Shown: in pieces, positions 50,682 to 58,882 of the stretch
How positions within the stretch are numbered: position 1 is the first letter of the stretch
Layout of the letters: each line of letters begins with the position of its first letter
Virus record (IMG/VR): IMGVR_UViG_3300031787_011371
Span: 9,367-73,366 of that record
DNA from: a virus
DNA length: 64,000 nt
Direction: 5' to 3' (one strand)
Notes under the pieces: model-generated
Database searches by the model: none
The model's input: the letters and a program-made list of their open reading frames with translations, nothing else
Told to the model about the DNA's origin: nothing
Translations under genes and position numbers: made by a program

Positions 50682-51083
50682 ATGAAAAAAGAAGCAAAAA
50701 AACTAAACAAGTCTAACATTCTTAATCTAATTAAGGAAGAAGCTGAATTTATTCTTAAAAAAGAAGAATATCATGATAAAATAGTTAAACTAAATGATGA
50801 ATTAAAAAATCTTTACGAAAATAGAGATTTTGTTGGAACTTTTGGTTTTGCTGGTGATAACAAAAAAAGTGTTTCTGGATTTAAAGAAACTCCAAACATT
50901 TCTTATATAGCAATGTTAGAAAAAGAATTTAATGCTCAAGATTCATTAAAAGCAAACAAAGAAGAGGCTATTCTTAATGAAGACCAGCTTAATGAAATTG
51001 ACAAATTAAAAGAAGAAAATTCAAGCTTGAAAAAACAAATAGAAGAAATTTCAGCATTCATTTCAGAAATGAAAAAAGGTTGA
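50682..51083 (+). CDS. Putative internal head/core protein (coiled coil)
   Basis: N-term LNKSNILNLIKEE motif; ILNE/QLNE sites; late motif upstream. Confidence 0.5.
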   Translation: MKKEAKKLNKSNILNLIKEEAEFILKKEEYHDKIVKLNDELKNLYENRDFVGTFGFAGDNKKSVSGFKETPNISYIAMLEKEFNAQDSLKANKEEAILNEDQLNEIDKLKEENSSLKKQIEEISAFISEMKKG

Positions 51084-51119
51084 TTCTATAATTATAAAAT
51101 CATTTAAAAATTAAAAAAG

Positions 51120-51854
51120 ATGAAAATTACTAAAGAAGAATTAAAGCAAATCATTAGAGAGGAAGCTTATAAATTTAAAAAGAAATTACAGCTAGAAAGT
51201 GAACTTGCAGAAATAGAATCACAACTTAATGAAGTCGAAGCTGGTAGCCTTTATGATGCTGGAGAATCTGCTGGCAAAAAATATAAAGCAGAATTTGAAC
51301 ATTTAGATAATGAATTTGGTATTCCAGGAGAAACTGAAACTTATATGGAAGAAGTTGAAATGGAAGAAGAGGCATATGAAGATGTTCAAAATGAAGAAGA
51401 TTTGAACTTAGAAGCTATCTTAGCTGAAATTATGTCAGAAGATTCAAATGAAGAAGTTGCTGAAGAGTGTGGTACATATGAAGAGACTTATATGGAAGAA
51501 TCTGATGATAATGATGCAGATGACTTAACTAATGAACTTTATAAAGAAGAAACTCTTTCAGAAGGTGAAATTAAAAAAGCAACTATTTTAATCTCTGAGC
51601 AAGCTAGAATGAAAAGATTGGCTGGTGTAATTTCTGAATCTGAAGAAAAAATGTTACAAGAAATTACTTGGATGCAAGAGTTGATGGGAGATGAAATATT
51701 AACTTTTGGCAAAGGATTAATCGGTATGCTTGGAACACTTTCTTTACCAGGATTACTTTGGTTTTCTCAATGGATAAAAACTAAAAAAGAAAAAGGCGTA
51801 AAAGCTACTAAAGAAGAATTAGACGATGCTTTAAAAACAGCAAAATCAAAATAA
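51120..51854 (+). CDS. Acidic putative internal head protein with RMKRLAG motif and C-terminal hydrophobic helix
   Basis: MKITKEELKQIIREE; ISEQARMKRLAGVISE; GLIGMLGTLSLPGLLWFSQW. Confidence 0.5.
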   Translation: MKITKEELKQIIREEAYKFKKKLQLESELAEIESQLNEVEAGSLYDAGESAGKKYKAEFEHLDNEFGIPGETETYMEEVEMEEEAYEDVQNEEDLNLEAILAEIMSEDSNEEVAEECGTYEETYMEESDDNDADDLTNELYKEETLSEGEIKKATILISEQARMKRLAGVISESEEKMLQEITWMQELMGDEILTFGKGLIGMLGTLSLPGLLWFSQWIKTKKEKGVKATKEELDDALKTAKSK

Positions 51855-51863
51855 TTAAATTAT

Positions 51864-51909
51864 AATCAAAAAAAACCCTCAGCAATTAAGTTGAGGGTTT
51901 TTTTTGATT
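51864..51909. terminator. Bidirectional terminator between convergent genes
   Basis: AATCAAAAAAAACCCTCAGC-aattaa-GTTGAGGGTTTTTTTTGATT. Confidence 0.8.
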
Positions 51910-51921
51910 TAAAAATTAAAA

Positions 51922-52137
51922 TTACAAAACCATTTTTCCTGACATATTACCTTCTGATATTTCAAAAGAATTATGACAACAATTACATGTATATACTTTT
52001 ACATTTTTAGTTTGTTGTATTTGTTGGCCTTGTGAATCTAACAATAAATTACTTCCGTTTTCTATAACGGTTTTTACACTTTCCAAAAAAGTTGCACTAT
52101 CACAACCATGTGGACATTTCATTTTTTGAATTAACAT
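51922..52137 (-). CDS. Small Cys-rich zinc-ribbon protein
   Basis: CPHGC...CNCC; ACTATTTATA motif at 52167-52176. Confidence 0.6.
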   Translation of the reverse strand: MLIQKMKCPHGCDSATFLESVKTVIENGSNLLLDSQGQQIQQTKNVKVYTCNCCHNSFEISEGNMSGKMVL

Positions 52138-52181
52138 AACTTATAATTTTAACTATTAATTATAATTATAAATAGTTTAAA

Positions 52182-52892
52182 TTATTCATTTTTATAAGAT
52201 TCTAATATTTTAGCAATTACTGGATTTCTTACCACATCTGTTTCTTCAAACTTAAAAATTCCAACTTCTGTCATATTTGAAAGTCTTTTTAAAGCATCAT
52301 AAAGTCCAGTTTCAGATGTGTCTCTATACCTGTCTGACTGTTCCAAATCTCCAGAAATTATAAATTTACTTTTCCATCCAATTCTTGTTAACATTGTTTT
52401 CATTTGTCTTTTGGTAGAGTTTTGAAACTCTTCTGCTATTAATATTGAATGGTCAACATTTATACCTCTCATATATGCTAAAGGCATAATTTGTATAATT
52501 TCAGATTCCATTAAATTATGAACTGCTTGTTTTCCTATAATTTTTTCAAATAAATATAGTGTTGAATAAGTGTATGGCGCCATTTTTTCCAAAATATCAC
52601 CAGGCAAAAATCCTAACTTTTCATCAGCTTCTACTGCTGGTGTTGTTATTACTATTTTATAAAATTCATTATTTGGTGATGATAATAATTGTAGAGCTTT
52701 TAACGCTGTTAGATAAGATTTTCCTACTCCTGCTGGACCTGAACATATGATTATTTCTTTGTTTTCAATCAGGTCATAAAATTCTTTTTGTTTTTGATTT
52801 TTTTCTTTAAAATAAATATCTCCTATTACTGTTTTTAAAAATTGTTTTGTGTCGTTTCCTTTTCCTTTTTTAATTGTTTTTTTGTTTGTCAT
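52182..52892 (-). CDS. phoH: PhoH-family ATPase
   Basis: GPAGVGKSYL, PAVEADEKLGFLPGD..EKM.PY, PLAYMRG, EEFQN, LTRIG, SGDLEQSD, DVVRNP. Confidence 0.93.
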   Translation of the reverse strand: MTNKKTIKKGKGNDTKQFLKTVIGDIYFKEKNQKQKEFYDLIENKEIIICSGPAGVGKSYLTALKALQLLSSPNNEFYKIVITTPAVEADEKLGFLPGDILEKMAPYTYSTLYLFEKIIGKQAVHNLMESEIIQIMPLAYMRGINVDHSILIAEEFQNSTKRQMKTMLTRIGWKSKFIISGDLEQSDRYRDTSETGLYDALKRLSNMTEVGIFKFEETDVVRNPVIAKILESYKNE

Positions 52893-52994
52893 ACAGTTAA
52901 AATTTATTTTGTTTATAAATAGTTTGATAATTTATAATATTTATTATTGTCAAGTTAATTTTACTTTATATTTATTTTTAAGAAAAAGAATTTT

Positions 52995-53942
52995 ATGGAA
53001 AAAATTACAACATCACAACTGGAAGAAATGATAAAGAATAAGTTTTTAGAAAAAGGTGTTTCTAAAGACGATATAACAAATGAAATATTAAAAAACATTT
53101 CAGAAAGAATAAAAACTGAAGTCAAGAACTCTTTGCCAACAAATGTAAATAGTGGTGGTGGAGAAATTGTAAATGTTGATATTTCTAAACAAGAAGTACC
53201 TAAAGATATGCCTGGAGAAAAGCCTGAATCTATAACTACATCTGTTGAATCAAATGAAGAATTTCAAGAGATGTATAAAAAAGAAGGAGAATTAGAAGCT
53301 AAAGAAAGAGCTTTACTTGAAAAAGAAGAAGAACTTAGAAGAAAAGAAGAAGAACTTAGAAGCAAAGAAGAAGAATTACAATATAAGCCAGAAGTTCCAG
53401 AAAAACTTGAAAACCTAGGTTGTGAAAAATTATTTGTTTTCAATGAAAACGATTTAAGTGTTGGTGCAGAAAAACTTTCAAATACTTACATGAACTTAGT
53501 TGAAGACCCAGAAAACAAAACAAGCATGAAAGACTTGTGGCTTAAAGATGGAAAAAGAGATGCTGAAGTATTTATTGTAAATTTTGAAAAAATAGGCAGA
53601 ATAGAATTTGACCCATTTGAAGGGATTTCTAATTTTATAAATGAAAAAGAAAATTCAGAATTAGAAGGTCCAACTTCAACAGATGATTATGAAAGTTCTG
53701 AAAATAATTCTAATGGTAATATGATTGACTCTATAGCGCCAGTAAAAGATGTGATTAGACCAATGTCTAATGATATGGGGCTTGATGTGCAAAATAGTAC
53801 AGGAGAATATCAAAATTTAGAAACAGGTGCATCAGTACAAAATGTAGATGAAGAAAGTTTTGAAGAATTATTAAATTCTAAATTAAAAGAAATAATTAAA
53901 AATTATTTGAGTGGTCAAATTGTTTTAGGACAAAAAAAATAA
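52995..53942 (+). CDS. Acidic coiled-coil head-region protein
   Basis: MEKITTSQLEEMIK N-term, KEEELRR repeats, C-term LKEIIKNYL; ATATTTAT at 52968. Confidence 0.5.
   Translation: MEKITTSQLEEMIKNKFLEKGVSKDDITNEILKNISERIKTEVKNSLPTNVNSGGGEIVNVDISKQEVPKDMPGEKPESITTSVESNEEFQEMYKKEGELEAKERALLEKEEELRRKEEELRSKEEELQYKPEVPEKLENLGCEKLFVFNENDLSVGAEKLSNTYMNLVEDPENKTSMKDLWLKDGKRDAEVFIVNFEKIGRIEFDPFEGISNFINEKENSELEGPTSTDDYESSENNSNGNMIDSIAPVKDVIRPMSNDMGLDVQNSTGEYQNLETGASVQNVDEESFEELLNSKLKEIIKNYLSGQIVLGQKK
53321..53378 (+). repeat. 21-bp in-frame tandem repeat (KEEELRR/KEEELRS/KEEEL)
   Basis: aaagaagaagaacttagaa repeated about 2.7 times. Confidence 0.7.
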
Positions 53943-54430
53943 TGATTAAAGAATCTTATAAAAATAGAATCAAAAAATTGGCAGGCTTAATTTCTGAAGA
54001 GGAAGTTAAGCTTTCTGCTAATACTGGTAGAAGTGATGATGGTACTTTGAGTTGGTATTCTGAAAACTATCTTCTTGATTTGGGTTCTAAAATATTAAGT
54101 GAATTAGATAATATTGTTGAAAAAGACAATTCTTTAACTTTAAAATTATTGAAAAGTTCAACTAAAATGAATGCAAATTCACTTTTTATTAGTTTATCTA
54201 TTTCTGGGTATATTGGAGAAAAAGAAATAGATGAAAATTTTGAAATAACATTATCTGTTCAATTCTCAAATGATTCCAACACTGTTTCCTCAGTTAATTA
54301 TAGAGGTGTAACAAATAGGTTTAATTTAAACTCAAAACACTCTTCTGATGACCTAAAAATGTTTGTATCAGAAGTTACTGACAATATAATGAATTCAATT
54401 AAATTGTCAAATTTAAACCCAAAATCTTAA
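53942..54430 (+). CDS. Putative capsid-packaged protein with N-terminal RIKKLAG motif
   Basis: MIKESYKNRIKKLAGLISE mirrors the scaffold C-terminus EISRMKQLAGI. Confidence 0.5.
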   Translation: MIKESYKNRIKKLAGLISEEEVKLSANTGRSDDGTLSWYSENYLLDLGSKILSELDNIVEKDNSLTLKLLKSSTKMNANSLFISLSISGYIGEKEIDENFEITLSVQFSNDSNTVSSVNYRGVTNRFNLNSKHSSDDLKMFVSEVTDNIMNSIKLSNLNPKS

Positions 54431-54454
54431 TTTTTTTTTCTTTTTTATTTATTA

Positions 54455-54485
54455 TTTACTTTATTTAAAAATAAAGGTATATTCG
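54455..54485 (+). promoter_or_regulatory. Near-consensus Bacteroidota-type promoter
   Basis: TTTA-N19-TATATTCG upstream of 54506. Confidence 0.4.
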
Positions 54486-54505
54486 AACATATTTAAAAAA
54501 CAATT

Positions 54506-54838
54506 ATGAATACTTGGAAAATTTTAAACAAATCAAATCAAGAGGTTAAGGTTGCTTGCAAAACAGCTTCTATGGCCTCAAAAGGAATAATTTTACAACC
54601 TAATGAATTTTGTATTTCAGAAGCACAATTAACAGCTTCAATGGATGCACAAGAAAGAAGAGGTTTTATTTCTGTAGACAGAAATTTTGATAATTCTAAA
54701 TTTAATCTAGAATTTGTCAAAGCATATAAAGAATCTGATTTAATTCATATGATTAACAATTTAGAATCAAAAGAACAAACTGATTTTGAAAAGGCTGCAG
54801 AAAATGCAGAAAAATATATGAATAATTCTGATAATTAA
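54506..54838 (+). CDS. Hypothetical protein
   Basis: Full ORF. Confidence 0.55.
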   Translation: MNTWKILNKSNQEVKVACKTASMASKGIILQPNEFCISEAQLTASMDAQERRGFISVDRNFDNSKFNLEFVKAYKESDLIHMINNLESKEQTDFEKAAENAEKYMNNSDN

Positions 54839-54845
54839 TTAAGTT

Positions 54846-55658
54846 ATGCCAGAAGAAAAATTGAATTACAATACAATTAACGAAGGTGTTACTGTTGGAG
54901 CAACTCAAACTGTTAATTCTAATAATTTAATTGTTTATAGTGGAACAAGTTCTGTACACAGTATTATATCTGATAACACAAATATTACTATAGGTAATAC
55001 CGATTTATTCGATAGTAATAGTACTTATGGTTCATTTTCTTTTAGTGGATATTTTAGTTGCTTTAAAATAACTGATAATTTAATTTTAAAAGAGGAAGAA
55101 AGTAATTTTTTAATTATTCCAAAAAATAATTTAGTTATTTCTTGGAGTGATAAAGATAAGACTTTCATTGAAAATGATTTAAATGAATTTATTCATGATT
55201 TAAAAAATGATAATTTTTCTGAAAAAGCTTTTGAAAATAAAACAGATAAATTTAATCAAATTTTTAGTCTATTAATTAAAATGGACGGGAATTTATATAT
55301 TGATTTAAAAGAAAAATCATATTATAGATATTCTTCAAAAAATAAATCTTGGGTTAAAATGTTTGGAGAAATTAAAAGCTTAATTTTTAGTAGAAAAAGT
55401 AATTTAAAATCAGTCAAAGAAAATAAAAATGAAAGATTCTTAATGATTGAAAAACCATTTAAATTTAAATTAAATTTTCACAAAGGAAATTCAACTTTAG
55501 ATTCTGGGTATGTTTATGTGCCATATGTGCCTTTAACATATACAGCAACAAACATTGTTAATGGAACAGATAATTCTATTGTAACAAATACTGCTATAAA
55601 TTCAAGATATTCAACTGTAACAATTAATGGAAATTATTATAATACAATAACTTTATAA
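54846..55658 (+). CDS. Hypothetical protein ending in an MCP-C-terminus-like segment
   Basis: KGNSTLDSGYVYVPYVPL...INSRYS...NGNYYNTI vs MCP KGDTFLEAGYVYAPYIPL...IMTRYA...NNRFYGVI. Confidence 0.6.
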   Translation: MPEEKLNYNTINEGVTVGATQTVNSNNLIVYSGTSSVHSIISDNTNITIGNTDLFDSNSTYGSFSFSGYFSCFKITDNLILKEEESNFLIIPKNNLVISWSDKDKTFIENDLNEFIHDLKNDNFSEKAFENKTDKFNQIFSLLIKMDGNLYIDLKEKSYYRYSSKNKSWVKMFGEIKSLIFSRKSNLKSVKENKNERFLMIEKPFKFKLNFHKGNSTLDSGYVYVPYVPLTYTATNIVNGTDNSIVTNTAINSRYSTVTINGNYYNTITL

Positions 55659-55668
55659 AATAAAATAT

Positions 55669-56901
55669 ATGTCTAAAAAAATTAAAATATTATTTAACCC
55701 TTCAGATTTGGCTGGCGTAGGTCATTTTCGTTCAATATGGCCTGCTCAAGAAATGCAAAAAAAATACAAAGAAGAATTTGATATTAAAATTGATTTGTCT
55801 CCAAATTTTAATGATTTAGAATCTTTAAAAAAATATGATATAATTCATTTCCATAGACAATTTGGACCAATAGAAAGGTTGGATGAAATCTTTGATACTT
55901 TAAAAGCTGCTGGGGTAACCATGATAATGGATATAGATGATTATTGGTCTCCACCAAAAGAACATCCAATGTATTATGTTGCTTTAAAAGAAAAAATAGA
56001 AGAAAAAATAGTTAGTACAATGAAAAAAGCTGACTATGTAACTACTACTACAGAAATTTTTAAAAAAGAAATCTTAAAATATAACAAAAATGTCATAGTA
56101 ATTCCTAATGCTATTGATACAAATCACAAAATGTGGCAACCAGACGATTCTAATAAAATTGATGGAAAATTAAGAATTTCTTGGATTGGAGGTTCTTCTC
56201 ACTTAGAGGATTTAAAGCTTGTAGAAAATTCTATGTCTAAATTAAATTCAAATGAAGAATTAAAAGGGAAATACCAAATTGTGCTTTGTGGTTTTGACAC
56301 AAGAGGTCATATAACAGAGATAAATCAAGCAACTGGTGAACAAAGAACTAGAAAAATAAGACCAGAAGAAACTGTCTGGAATAAATTTGAAAAGATTTTT
56401 ACTACAAATTATAAAATAGTTGATGAGAATTATAAAAAGTTTTTAGATTCTTATAAAAATGAAAAATATTCTGATGATTTATCTAACTTAAACTACGTAA
56501 GAAGATGGACACTTCCTCTTACGCAGTATGGGAAACATTATCAATATTGTGATGTATGTTTAGCACCTTTAGTTGAAAATACTTTTAATAAAGTAAAATC
56601 AGAACTTAAAATAATAGAGGCTGGTTTAACAAAAAAAGTTTTAATTGCTCAAGATTATGGTGTTTACAAAGAATTAATTGAAGATGGAGAAACAGGATTT
56701 TTAGTTGAAAAATCTAGAAATCATAAAGATTGGTATAAAAACATTAAGTACTTAATTGAAAACCCTAAAGAAGTTGAAAGAATTTCTAATAATCTATATA
56801 ATTTTGTGAAAGACAAATATAATCTGGAAAATGTTACAGAAAATAGAGTAGGGTTCTATAAGGAATTATATAAAGAAAAGAGTTTAGTTGATGTGGATTA
56901 A
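55669..56901 (+). CDS. GT-B (GT4-like) glycosyltransferase in the head module
   Basis: GVGHFRSIWP, MDIDDYW, VIPNAID, WIGGSSH..DL, LAPL..N.FN..KSELKIIEAG. Confidence 0.8.
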   Translation: MSKKIKILFNPSDLAGVGHFRSIWPAQEMQKKYKEEFDIKIDLSPNFNDLESLKKYDIIHFHRQFGPIERLDEIFDTLKAAGVTMIMDIDDYWSPPKEHPMYYVALKEKIEEKIVSTMKKADYVTTTTEIFKKEILKYNKNVIVIPNAIDTNHKMWQPDDSNKIDGKLRISWIGGSSHLEDLKLVENSMSKLNSNEELKGKYQIVLCGFDTRGHITEINQATGEQRTRKIRPEETVWNKFEKIFTTNYKIVDENYKKFLDSYKNEKYSDDLSNLNYVRRWTLPLTQYGKHYQYCDVCLAPLVENTFNKVKSELKIIEAGLTKKVLIAQDYGVYKELIEDGETGFLVEKSRNHKDWYKNIKYLIENPKEVERISNNLYNFVKDKYNLENVTENRVGFYKELYKEKSLVDVD

Positions 56902-56936
56902 AATTTTCTTTCATATTTATTCTAAAAAGATTTACA

Positions 56937-57755
56937 ATGAAACAAGTTAGCTTAAATTTTGGCGCAATAAAAGATACGGTTTATAGACTTTCCGCTAAAG
57001 AATTAATGAGTGAATCTAAAGAAATAAAAGAAAACAACTCATTAAAGAAATTTATTAAAAAAATTCAAGAAGAACCTTTATTAAAAGTTCAATATATGAT
57101 TTTTGAAAATTTAACAAAAGGTCATTTTGAAAATGAAAGATTAGCAGAAAGATATATAAATGAAAATTTGTCTTTAGCTGAAAAAATAAATTGGCATAAA
57201 CTTTTAGAGTGCAACAAAAAAGTTAGAAAAGAGATTCTTGATGAAAACTTTGTTCAAGGTACAAAAGAATTTGAAGATTTATATGAAGCAATTCATACAT
57301 TAATAGAATCTAGAAGTAAAATAGGATTTACTGACATAAACAATTCTCACAAATCATTTGAAAAAGTTCTTACTCATTTACAAAGAGAAATTAATGAAAA
57401 TGCAAGAACTGAAGAAGAAAAAAATGATATGCCTAACTTTTTGTCTTGGAGATATATTAATGAACATGCTGTAAGTAATTTCAATAAAAGATATAAGCAT
57501 TTAAATGAATCAGACAAAAAACTGTTTAAAATCTTAGTTTCTTCTGATAGCATAAAAATTAACTATGCAAAAGATTTAAAGAATGAGAGTTTAGAAATGA
57601 TTCAAAACTTATTAGATGATGATGCTGATTCTGGATATTTATTAGAAAATTTTAAAAACAAACTAAATTCTATAGAAAATATAGATAAAAACAATGTTGA
57701 TGAAATTATAATTAATTGTCATGAATTAAATGAAAATCTTTTAAAATTACAATAA
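56937..57755 (+). CDS. Helical head-module hypothetical protein
   Basis: NFG.IK, FNKRYKHLNE.DK pattern; ATATTTAT at 56913. Confidence 0.55.
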   Translation: MKQVSLNFGAIKDTVYRLSAKELMSESKEIKENNSLKKFIKKIQEEPLLKVQYMIFENLTKGHFENERLAERYINENLSLAEKINWHKLLECNKKVRKEILDENFVQGTKEFEDLYEAIHTLIESRSKIGFTDINNSHKSFEKVLTHLQREINENARTEEEKNDMPNFLSWRYINEHAVSNFNKRYKHLNESDKKLFKILVSSDSIKINYAKDLKNESLEMIQNLLDDDADSGYLLENFKNKLNSIENIDKNNVDEIIINCHELNENLLKLQ

Positions 57756-57756
57756 A

Positions 57757-58140
57757 ATGAAACTGGACAAAACAAAATTAAAGCAAATTATTTCTGAGGA
57801 AATTGAAGTATTCAAAAATAAAAAAAGAAGTGAATATATTTTGGAAAATTTAGGTCTTAATGAAGGTAAAAAAAGTGACCCAAAAGCCAAAGTTAGAAAT
57901 AAACCTAATCCAGTTTTTGATGCAAACAATCCAAAAGTAAAAGACAATAAAGACCATTTTCCTTTAGGGGATGAAGACCAAGCTAGAAATGCTCTAGCAA
58001 GAGCAAGTCAATATAAAAAAGTTCCAGATTGGTATGATGGTGATTTGGAAAGTTTAGTAAAAAAAGTTCAATCAGCTGTTAAAAAGGCGTTTCCAAATAT
58101 AGAAACAACTGAAAAGTCTGCTAATCCAGGAAAAGGATAA
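57757..58140 (+). CDS. Putative capsid-packaged small basic protein (DUF6582-like motif)
   Basis: N-term MKLDKTKLKQIISEE, GLNE site, then HFPLGDEDQARNALARASQ. Confidence 0.5.
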   Translation: MKLDKTKLKQIISEEIEVFKNKKRSEYILENLGLNEGKKSDPKAKVRNKPNPVFDANNPKVKDNKDHFPLGDEDQARNALARASQYKKVPDWYDGDLESLVKKVQSAVKKAFPNIETTEKSANPGKG

Positions 58141-58142
58141 TT

Positions 58143-58170
58143 AAAAGGGAGTTTAAAAGTTCCCTTTTTT
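58143..58170. terminator. Bidirectional terminator between convergent genes
   Basis: AAAAGGGA-gtttaaaagt-TCCCTTTTTT. Confidence 0.65.
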
Positions 58171-58171
58171 A

Positions 58172-58738
58172 TTAGTCTTTTTTCCTTTTATGTATAGTAA
58201 AATCTAAATTGCCTTTTAATAAATCTGAATTTGCAATAATTTCACATACTTTTTTTGCTTCATTAAATAATATATTATCTTCTTTATCATTTAATGGATA
58301 TTCTTTTTCACAATTATCCATACAATTTAAAGTGTGTATATTTAATTCAATAGATACAAAACTTCTTTTGTCATTATAATTTATGTTTTCAGGAAAATCA
58401 TAAACAAATATATTTTCTAAATAAAATGGGAATACAAAATTATTTTCCAGAAAATTTTTTAAATCATTTCTATATATTTTTCTTATACCATAAGATAGTT
58501 TTTTAGATAATTCATAATCATAATTAAAAAAGGAATATTTATCATAATAATTTTCTTTATCTTTTACATCTATCCAAAAGCTCGTTTCTATAAAAATAGT
58601 TTCTGGCTTTTCTTTATTAAAAGTAGTACCTATTTTAAAGTTTGCATTGCAATTATTAAAATATTTACCATCAATTTTTATTTCTTTTCCTGTTCTTTTA
58701 TTTGTTATCTCTAATGTGTCATCATTAAATAAATCCAT
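58172..58738 (-). CDS. Hypothetical protein
   Basis: Full ORF opposite the head genes; near-consensus host-type promoter CTTG-N20-TATAATTG upstream. Confidence 0.55.
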   Translation of the reverse strand: MDLFNDDTLEITNKRTGKEIKIDGKYFNNCNANFKIGTTFNKEKPETIFIETSFWIDVKDKENYYDKYSFFNYDYELSKKLSYGIRKIYRNDLKNFLENNFVFPFYLENIFVYDFPENINYNDKRSFVSIELNIHTLNCMDNCEKEYPLNDKEDNILFNEAKKVCEIIANSDLLKGNLDFTIHKRKKD

Positions 58739-58835
58739 TTTATTTTATTAATATTCATTTAATCGCTACATGTTTACAATTATATAATTTTTTTTTAATT
58801 AAAACAAGTTTTTTAATTAAAAAATTAAAACATCA

Positions 58836-58855
58836 TTTTTTTCTAACTATTTATA
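58836..58855 (+). promoter_or_regulatory. Putative late promoter (TTTTTTTCTAACTATTTAT)
   Basis: 19-nt element identical to the one at 59538-59556. Confidence 0.65.
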
Positions 58856-58882
58856 GGTGTTAAATATTTAATAATAAAAAAA

